In this document: positions 10,562 to 20,000 of the stretch, in pieces | How the letters are laid out: each line of letters begins with the position of its first letter | How positions within the stretch are numbered: the stretch's first letter is position 1 | Origin: Proteromonas lacertae | Lineage: Eukaryota | DNA length: 20,000 nt | Assembly: GCA_002245135.1 (NCBI GenBank) | Contig: NGBS01000888.1 | Location: forward strand, 110,100 to 130,099 | Reading direction: 5' to 3' | Program-made: the position numbers and the translations under genes | Notes under the pieces: model-generated | Databases searched by the model: none | Told to the model about the DNA's origin: nothing | Seen by the model: the letters and a program-made list of their open reading frames with translations, nothing else

Positions 10562-11688
10562 ATGTCTGATTGCATGCCATATTGCTTTTTAGGTAATACA
10601 GGGTTGAAAGTGTCCAGAATTGGATATGGAGCGTGGGTAAGTTTTGGAAGTCAAGTAGATGAAGAATTAGCGTATAAGATAATAAAGAAAGCAATTGATA
10701 GTGGAATAAATTTCTTTGATAATGCAGAAGTGTATAATAAAGGTGTAGCTGAAACTATAATGGGAAAAGTGTTTAAGAGATTGAATTTAAGACGAAGTAG
10801 TTATGTAATTACAACCAAATTGTTTTGGGGAAATACTGAAGATGAAAGTTATCCAAATGACTTTGGTTTATCTCGAAAACATATAATTGAAGGATTAACA
10901 GAGTCTTTGAAAAGATTACAATTAGACTATGTTGATGTGGTATATGCTCATCGTCCTGATATGTATACGCCGATGGAAGAAACTGTAAGAGGTTTTGATT
11001 ATGTAATTAACAAAGGAATGGCGTTATATTGGGGAACAAGTGAATGGAGTGCTGAACAAGTAAGAGAAGCAATAATATCTTTTTTTAAAATATGAATTTG
11101 ATAGTTTTCCTTAATAGACTTGTGTTTAAGAGATTAGTAAGAGATTGGGATTAATTGGTCCAATAGTTGAACAACCACAATATAATATGCTTCATCGTGA
11201 AAAGGTAGAAAAAGAATATTTACGTTTGTATGAAACAGATAAACTTGGTTTAACAATTTGGTCACCTTTAGCCAGTGGTGTATTAACAGGTAAATATAAT
11301 GATGGAATTCCTGAAGGAAGTAGATTGAATTTAAGTGAAATGAAATCATTAAAAGATTCAATATTAGATGGTACAAGATTTGGTAAATTTGAAGATGTTC
11401 AGAAGTTATGCAAAGAGTTAAAGGTGATAAGTGATAAAATAGGATGTAGTGAAGCTCAATTAGCTTTGGCTTGGGTATTAAAGAATGAAAATGTGAGTGT
11501 AATGTTACTTGGAGCTTCAAAAGTAGAACAGCTTGAAGAAAATATCAAATGTCTTGAAGTATTACCAAAATTAACAAAAGAAGTAATGGAAGATGTATAT
11601 TCAATTATTTATTTCATTTTTATAGATTGAAAAGATATTAAAGAATAAACCAACACCTTTCCCAGATTGTAGAACATGGAATAATTAA
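10562..11688 (+). CDS. Aldo-keto reductase, voltage-gated K+ channel beta-subunit-like (AKR6/KCNAB family)
   Basis: Motifs LGNTGLKVSRIGYGAW, GINFFDNAEVY, ITTKLFWG, GLSRKHIIEG, LQLDYVDVVYAHRPD, YWGTSEWSA, EQPQYNML, WSPLASGVLTGKY. Exons 10562-11074, 11130-11594, 11626-11688. Catalytic D/Y/K/H present. Confidence 0.95.
11075..11129 (+). other. U12-type (minor spliceosome) intron, apparent AT-AA ends
   Basis: Donor ATATCTTT and branch-site-like TTTTCCTTAAT at 11105-11115. Removal gives WSAEQVREAI|EISKRLGLIGP, matching Kv-beta family spacing without gaps. Confidence 0.75.
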
Positions 11689-11721
11689 ACTTAATCGCAT
11701 TTTATATTTTTATGTTTTCAT

Positions 11722-14700
11722 TTAAAATGGATAAAAATACTTACTACATTTGAGACATCTAACAACATTGGTTGATGGAACTGGAGGATAATTTACAGAG
11801 AGTAAAGGAATTTGTGAAGGATATGGATGATCAGCAAAATATTCATCATAACCAACTAAATCTTCAGGATAATACTTTTCATATTCTTCTAATCTAAGTG
11901 ATTTATTCATCGGCTGAATATAATTTAAACCATTATGATCACATTCATTAAAATCATTATGTTTACTCAGAAATACCATTTTGATTGTTGTTAAAGGAGT
12001 AAATAATAATTCTTTTATAATTCTTCCCCATGAAGACTTCTCTGTTCTATCATCATTGCAGTAATACCAAGGATTATTTTCATCATCATATTGTTCCATA
12101 TTTCTACTATTACTTCTTCTAAAATAACATGTATAATGACCAGCTTCATAAGTACCACAATGCAAAATCACACCATATAAATCATACTTATATGTTTGAT
12201 TATGATTATTACTTAAATTCACATTTGTTGTTAAATTGATAAACTATTTTGATAAAAACGATTAATATAGTATATACTCTTGTTAACTTATTCATATCAC
12301 CTGGAATTACAGATTCTATATTCACTAATAAATATTGAGGCATATTATCTGATACAAACATATTTGAATCTAAAATATATAGATGTAAATATTACTAAAA
12401 ATATATACAAACATATGATAAAGTGTTATTTTTACATCTTTTACATTCTCTTTCACTATTTTCTATATCATACAAGCATGATGTGATGATATCTTCCAAT
12501 GAGTAACTTTTACTAACATATTCATAATATCTGTTCATAAACAAATATTTATTGTCAATATATTTCACTTGATACATTTCTATATCTTTCATCTTTAAAC
12601 TCCCTATTAATTCATTAGATGGTGAATAAACATCCAATTTATGTTTCTCATTTGTGTTTTCTTTCAAATAATTATAAGAATATATATTTCCTTTTTCATA
12701 ATAATCAACTGTTAAGTTTTTATTATCATTATTGTCAATTACTATTTAATAAATATATTATTTATACTAGCAATCATTTTGTTCATATAATAACCGATAT
12801 ATCCAATTGATGAATATTTACATTTTGTAATATCTATTCTGATATTAGGTACAGAATAAGATTCATAAATTGACGAAGTTTCATTATTGAGTGATAGTGG
12901 AAATATTGATTTAAAAGAAATACTTGCAACACTATCATAATTCAATTTATGAATATGCAATAAATTTCTATTATTTTGAAATTCAAATAATAATCCATTA
13001 CATTTACCATTCACATTTGAAAAACTAAAACCATAATTATCTTCATCACCTGATATACCAAATACACCTGTATAATTCTCCATTGTCTTGATATTATTAT
13101 CATAATAATTAAAACAGATTTCATATATTCTACATGGCTTATCAAATCTAATTCGATTCTTTCTATCAAAACTAAAATAATATTCAACACCACATTGAAG
13201 AGGAAGACTATAATATTATAATCTATACATAATAACATACATTTGATTGTAATTCACTATTTCATATCCAGGTAGAACATCTTTCTGTTTATGTAATATT
13301 TTAATGTCTGATGGGATTTTTGAGTATTTTATATTCTTGTTTTGATTGTATATATTCTGCTTTCTATAATATTCTTTTGATATTTCATTTTCTGTTAAAC
13401 AATTTGGTATTATTGGATAATTCTTTTTATAATATAAATACATCTATAAATAATAACATTAATGTTAATAGTTATACATAATCATGTAATTCACATGAAT
13501 ATTCATAACCATTTGGAGTTACATTATTATTCTCTAAAACAATTAAATCTGTAATTGGTTCTTCATCATTTTTATAACTACAATAGATTGTTTTACCATT
13601 AAATCTAATCTCTATATCACTCTTATGCTTTCTTTTATCACCAATATATGTTAAATACTTTTCTTTTTTTTCTTTACTTCTTAATACACATAATGCTTCT
13701 TTTATCTAGTATTTTTATAAATCATTGTTAATATTATACATCTTTTTCATAAAATGAACTACAAACATCGAGATATTCTTTATTATTATTATCATTATTG
13801 TTCATAATAGTCAATCTATTTTTTTATTTCTTCCTATTTATAATATATATATATTCATAATTAAGATATACAAAACTCAAGACAATTACATCATATATTG
13901 GAAAAAAATTCTTTGGTAAACTACTATCAAATATGTATTGTTCATTCGCATCATTACTCCTCATATTCCCACATTCCATACAATACACTGATTGACAAAC
14001 ATTACTACATAATAATGAAGATATTTCTTTACATGTTGATGGTAAAACATCAGAAACTAAAAATTGAATAAATTCTGATGAATCTTGTTGATTATTCTTT
14101 GTAAATCTATCACCCCCATTTATATTTTTAAGACTTTCGATTATATTATTCGGTAATACACTTGAATATCCTATATCTAATTCATGAAGAACAATAAATA
14201 TATTCTTTATAACTATTCAAATAATAACATTACTATACAATCATTTGAAGTATTTACTATGTATGATAATTCTAATATTTCATTAGAATGGTATAATGCC
14301 TGTAACGCACTAATCATATAACATGCATTTTGAACTCCAGGTGCATTTGCATTCTTAATACCAACTCTATGATCATTATAATGATTATATATTATTGGTA
14401 TTTCAATTGTTGATCTTTCTTTCTCATTTCCAGTATCTCTTTTACTATTGTTCAAATATATAACAATATATTGATTATACTTTTCATGAAATATCATTTA
14501 TCACCATTTTCTTTTACTTCCAATAAACTTTTGGAATTATGGTCAAATTTACCTTCATAACCATAACGAGTAGATTTTTTTATTCTACCTTTTATTACTT
14601 CATTTGTCATTAAATAACATCCTTCAAATAAGCTATATTATCATCATCGCATGGTATTGTATGTATGAAAATACGATCTTCAAGTGCAGAACCATATAAT

Positions 14701-15295
14701 CCATTTGGATAATGTGATTTTGAGGTTGTAAATAGAATAAATCCACCAATGGTGATGAATTAAAGTATCTCTATTTCATATATATATAACATCAAAATAT
14801 ACTATGTACATAGCTGAATATAATTTATTTTGTTGGTATAAAGGTAATCTTTGCATTGTCAAAATTATCAACTTTTTTATATATTCATCCATTTGTTTAT
14901 TATTTACACTATACATTACATAATATATTATTTATACTATGTTCTTATTATTGAAAACAAATAACTAATAAAATTAACACTAATCAAAACTTCTGAGTCT
15001 ATTATTGGATATTTTAACAACATAATCAATGCTTCAGCACATTCATTACATAAACCCAGTATTATATTGTTGAAGTAAGACAATCTTTGCATATAGGATA
15101 GGAATTAAACATCTCGCAAGATATTGGAATTTTCTCCACATTCCATATCTGTTTAATACACTAAATGTTCTATTTAAGTCATCTTTACTCATAGACCAAA
15201 GCATATTAGTAAATTGATTTTGGTTTGGGCTACATTCACTGATTTTAATTAATTCATCAATATAATAAATTCACTAAAGTCTCTATATTATCCAT
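11722..15295 (-). CDS. Ubiquitin-specific protease (peptidase C19), multi-exon, with apparent frameshifts
   Basis: Cys box GIKNANAPGVQNACYMISALQALY (~14300-14365) and His box YDLYGVILHCGTYEAGHYTCY...WYYCNDD (~12050-12190). Several short GT-AG introns. The 5' exons up to ATG 15295 are less certain. Confidence 0.8.
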
Positions 15296-15589
15296 ATTTA
15301 CAAAAAATAGAAAATGAGCAAGCTTAAGCTTGAATTTTTATTTTACATAACTCACCATAGTTTGCACATAAAGAAGAATGAATTATTTTTTTATATATTA
15401 TTTAACTAGTGAGAATTTTGAATAGTAAGTTAAAGTGTTATTTCTACAATTAACACTTTAGTTATCATTTCTTTAATAGAATATATGATTATTTATTTTA
15501 TATTATGATGATGAAATTCTTCTATAACGAAATAAAATTATGAATTTCTCATAACTATTATTTCACTAAAACATAATTATTCATTCAAT

Positions 15590-15863
15590 CTATCCAACTG
15601 TTGGTGGAATTACTACCTTATTGGCACTATCAAATACTACTCGAACTCTGTCCATACGATAATCCATTGTAGCTGGTTGATTCTATTTAATTTAAATATC
15701 ATTCTTTTAATAACATACTTCACCTAATTCACTACATTCAAAGATGGGTTTTGTTCTTTGATTAGTCTTACTACTTCATCAGCATCATGACCAACTAAAT
15801 CTGGCCAACTATATGTAAATATAACATAACTCAATACCTATTTTGTGAAGCTTCTGAAGACAT
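15590..15863 (-). CDS. Potato inhibitor I family (MEROPS I13, CI-2/eglin-like) serine protease inhibitor
   Basis: Introns 15837-15809 and 15718-15683. Spliced product MSSEASQNSWPDLVGHDADEVVRLIKEQNPSLNVV(K)LGENQPATMDYRMDRVRVVFDSANKVVIPPTVG*, which needs one extra A at ~15728-15729. Confidence 0.88.
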
Positions 15864-15969
15864 CTGTAATTAAGAAAATCAAAGATTTTAAAATCTAAAA
15901 TGAAAAATAGAAACGGCTTTATTTATTACAATTCATAAAAACACAATTATTACACAACATATAAATACA

Positions 15970-17588
15970 TTAAGATGTTATTTTCATCATATTTCTACAT
16001 ACATGATCACATTCAGGACATTTATCATTATCTTCAAACCATTTAGTAAAATGTTTCATATGACCACCATGATGACATACACTACACCAAATATAATACC
16101 AATTACTGGTAAATGACAAAACATACATATTGTCTTCCCTTTTACTTGATCAATTCTACTGGATTGTTCATGATCATGATTTCTTCCAAATAGATTTGGT
16201 TTTACATCCAAAGAACACATTCTTGTAGCTTCAGTATGAAGATTTAATGATCTTAACAAATCTATAAATTCACTATACCAATTCTCTAATATTTCTTTAT
16301 TAAATATTTTAAGACAATAATCTTGAAAACACAACACTATAAATATATAATGAAATATATCACTTTCTCTATATAATACAATATCAACTCTTTTTAAAAT
16401 CTAATCTTTCTTTTTCATTGAATATCTCACATTTTAATGGAATTATTGATATTAATATTGACCAACATTCACTTATATCATTTCGATTCACTTTCTCAGC
16501 TATTTTACTATTGTGATTTAATATTTCTATTGTATTTCCTATTTTATAATTATTCACTAAATATTTTATTGTTTCTATTTCTGGTAAACCTATCAATTCT
16601 CTATCCAATTCATATATCTTTATATTCTCACATACTGCACTTCTTGTTCTAATTGTGTTATCTCTATCTTTTTCTTCATTATAATTATAGAGATTGTTTG
16701 ATTTATCATAATACAAACAATTCATTGGTAGAATACTCTTCACAGATAATGATTCAGTTATCTTGCTTACTTCTAATGAATTTCCACTTTCACAATATTT
16801 ATTATATAATCTTTCTTTACTTTTATTATTGAATCACCTGGAATTCCAGTCCATTTCAATCAGTTGATTTAAATCGATTTGTTTCAATTATATATTCAGA
16901 TCGATATTTTTGTCTTGTATCCCAAATATGTGTATCTGGTGATAACATTGAACCTATCGCTATTTGATCTATTCATTATTATTATTGATATTATAATATT
17001 AATACTTTCATAGTTTGGTCTCCAATCCATCGATATTACACTATTCTCAGCATATAATGTATTTATTCTTTTAAAATTACTAAAATCACTCACATCCCAT
17101 ATCTAAATAATAATATTAAATTACTATTCATACATTTACAGTTTTATCTCTTCCACCAGTTGCTATTATATTGGGATTTATTTACTGTGTTTTATACATA
17201 ATGTTGGACCATTATGACTTTTATTCTCAAAACCACTATCTTTATTCATTCGAATATCAAATATCATCACTATTCCATCATCTGTTCCATATATTATATT
17301 ATTACTATTAAATGGATCAGTTTCAAATGGTTCTAATGCAATTGTTATATTTATTACAATAGATTAAATTACTTGATAGATTTCTTTTATCAAAGCTGTA
17401 GATTTGACCATTTCTACATCCTGTATATAATATATTTATATCACTATTACACCATTTTATACAGGCTACATTATCACAATTATCTTTACATATATTTGAA
17501 CCATAGTTGAACCAGATAAATGAACATTCCAAAATATTATTTGTCCTGAGTGACTAGCAGTTGCTACTACAGAATCTATACATCCATA

Positions 17589-17625
<37 letters not shown>

Positions 17626-17885
17626 TCATACTATCATTTGGATTCCATTTTATATCACAAATACTTGTTATTGTTTGTCTTTTGAGGCTCGTAGATTTTC
17701 TATCTTTTATTTTCCAGTTACTGTTACTTTCAAATTCAATGTAATTTAACACTAGATCAAGTCATTAAGTAAGAAGCAATACCATTCTTTCCTCCAACTA
17801 AACAATGACACACATCAGGAGATATATCAAAGTGAATTAATTCAAATGATCTGATATTATCAAGACAAATATGAGTTGTTGGCAT
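15970..17885 (-). CDS. WDR24: WDR24/Sea2-like GATOR2 subunit (WD40 repeats plus C-terminal Zn/RING-like domain)
   Basis: HNGPTLC...IIATGGRDKTV..IWD, MDWRP, LNHNSKIAEKVNRNDISECW, WYSEFIDLLRSLNL, CMFCHLPV...WCSVCHHGGHMKHFTKWF...CPECDHVC. Many short introns and some frameshifts. Confidence 0.8.
17589..17618. repeat. (TAT)n microsatellite inside a WDR24 intron
   Basis: About 10 TAT units within the GT..AG intron at ~17575-17630 (- strand), roughly doubling the usual intron length. Confidence 0.85.
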
Positions 17886-17941
17886 TTTATCAAACAAAAA
17901 TAAATAAGAAACGAATATATTTTCGGTAATTGTTTTAAATT

Positions 17942-19159
17942 TTATAATTCTGTTTCTTCTACTGAGAAACCTCTTCTTCTCATCATTATTGCTTCTTTTA
18001 ATCGATTTAACATTGTTGGTGTTAATAAATTTCGATGTAAAACAATATTATTTAAATAATATCCTCCACCTTTCATTAAACAATCTTTTATTTTACCTCC
18101 AGCATAACCAATTGAATTATCGTTTAAATACAATTCTTCTAATGTATTACTATTATTACTTTCTAAAATTTCACATAATTATTGCTCCTTCATTGGAAAT
18201 CTTATTCACCTAAATTCAATTTTCTCAGATTTGGTAATAATCCTTCTATACAAATATCACTTAATATTGAAACACCTGGATCACAGATTCTATTTCCAAC
18301 TAATGATAATACAGATTGAATAACTATTTCCCAATGAAAAACCATCACAGAGTATTTCTACTCCAATATCAGTTATATTATTATCTATTATTTACGATTA
18401 TTCTCAAATACATACAATCAACATACAATTCTTCTAAGTTTGGTAGTTCATTTTCTTCTAATAAATGCAATATACATTCGCATCCTCTATCTTTTAAATT
18501 AGTTGCTAATATAAATATATATAAATAAAATTAAGAAATACAGGAGATGTTTAGATAAGCAAGATTCTCAAAACAACCATGTTTGGGAATAAAATTATAC
18601 CATCCATATTCAGTTATTTCATTATCTATTAATACAATAAAAGATTAATTATTTATAATATTACTATGTAAATCTATATAAGTTAAATCAGGAAATATGT
18701 AATTGTGAAATGTGGTGTTTATTAATGTATTAAATCCTATCATTGTAAAACTGTTAAGATATGATTTTATTTAAATTAGGAAATACTAGGATTTAATATT
18801 TCAACTAAATTATTCATTGCTTTATCACCTATGAAATTGTGTTGGAAATTTAAACATTCGATCTTTTCAAAACATCTATATGACTTTATTTCTTCACCAT
18901 TATTTCACAATTATTATCGTTTAATCCAATAAAGTATATACTCTGTAAATTGGGAAATGAAGCAAGAAAATCAAAACACTTTTCTTTTTTATCTTCTATA
19001 TGACGATTCACATTTATTCTCAATGATCTAATACACTAATAATAAGAATTGAAATCATACTGTCTCAATTGCATTTCTAAAATTACTGCTTCTCTTCAAT
19101 AGCCCCATTAATGTTGAATTATCACAATATGATAATATATTAACCAAATTTTCATCCAT
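17942..19159 (-). CDS. RNI-like leucine-rich repeat protein, possible N-terminal F-box-like motif
   Basis: ATG 19159 (MDENLVNILSYCDNSTL). LRR pieces IECLNFQHNFIGDKA, PNLEELYVD, LVGNRICDPGV, LYLNDNSIGYAGG. Several short introns and frameshifts. Confidence 0.65.
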
Positions 19160-19321
19160 TAATCAAAAATCAAAGAAAAAGCAATACAAAGTATTCTATG
19201 TGTTAAATGTATTGCTATTTATATTTTGTTTATCCAAATTAATCTAAAATTTAAAAAAATTAAAAAAAAAACCAAAATTTCCCCTTAAAGTGGTGATAAT
19301 TTTCATAAAATATAATTTTTG

Positions 19322-20000
19322 ATGAATGAGAGTAATAGAGATCTTTCTATAGAAAAATCAACTCAGAAAAGAGTAGTTCAGACGATATCAACAGAATACC
19401 TAACTTTATTGTTGATAATGACAATTTGAACAAAGCATTAGAGAAATTACCTTCAAATTATGATGAAATTCCTAAAACCATACATACAATACTTAAAAAT
19501 AAATACAAATGTGTAGGTCTTCAGTTTCCAGAAGGTCTTATAATGTATTTTTTTATATAACAATAAATAGATATTCATGTGTTATTAGTGATATATTAAC
19601 ACATTTTACCAAATGTTCAACAGTAATTTTAGGTGATGTAACATATGGTGCTTGTTGTGTTGATGATTATACTAGTAAAAACTGTGGGTGATTTGTTAGT
19701 TCATTATGGACATAGCTGTTTAGTTCCAGTTCAATATATGTCAATAAAAAACATTATATGTATTTAAGAATAAAAATAGATGTTGATCATTTAGTAAAAA
19801 CAATCGAAAAGATATTCCAACAAACAACAAAATCTGTTTATTAAGTACAGTTCAATTCACAAAATCAATAAATGAAAGCCTTAAATATATTGAAAGATAA
19901 ATATTCAAATATAAATATACCTCAAGAAAAGCCATTAAGTGGTGGTGAAGTGTTAGTGTACATCTCCACAATTAAATGAATATAATACTCTTATATTGTT
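19322..20000 (+). CDS. DPH1: DPH1 (2-(3-amino-3-carboxypropyl)histidine synthase subunit 1), 5' part, runs off the window; several indels
   Basis: [66 protein letters not shown]. Intron 19545-19570. Confidence 0.92.

Noticed and set aside
11134..11520. 128-aa minus-strand ORF
   Set aside because: Antisense to the well-conserved aldo-keto reductase exon.
17550..17749. Poly-Tyr and poly-Leu ORFs
   Set aside because: Translations of the intronic (TAT)n microsatellite, antisense to WDR24.
1796..19691. Stop-codon reassignment or Euplotes-like +1 frameshifting at TGA sites (~1797, 4571, 19690)
   Set aside because: TAA, TAG and TGA all end genes normally here. The sites are explained by collapsed AT/TG or homopolymer runs, and DPH1 also lacks a whole codon.
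1..20000. CRISPR array, tRNA/rRNA genes, transposase or reverse transcriptase
   Set aside because: No regularly spaced repeats, cloverleaf or rRNA-like segments, or mobile-element protein motifs were seen.

Overview
Very AT-rich, gene-dense eukaryotic nuclear DNA whose genes carry many tiny GT-AG introns (mostly 25-41 nt), so most ORFs in the track are exon fragments. This resembles Blastocystis-like stramenopiles (inference). Genes reconstructed by hand, in order: HMG-box protein (+), RNI-like LRR protein (-), TM-RING protein (-), an isolated last exon of DPH1 (-), BTB/POZ protein with a Pro/Gln tail (-), an unknown protein (-), a small membrane-anchored protein (+), a Kv-beta-like aldo-keto reductase (+), a ubiquitin-specific protease (-), a potato inhibitor I family protease inhibitor (-, absent from the ORF track), WDR24-like GATOR2 subunit (-), a second LRR protein (-), and the 5' part of DPH1 (+), which runs off the window. 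Main observations: (1) DPH1 is present as two pieces 14 kb apart on opposite strands; (2) U12-like introns with apparent AT-AA ends, two sharing an identical 18-nt donor; (3) a displaced exon-intron-exon copy of the USP gene; (4) a ~380-bp foldback and further hairpins in intergenic DNA. Several genes have small frameshifting indels that look like long-read consensus errors, which limits certainty about exact gene models.
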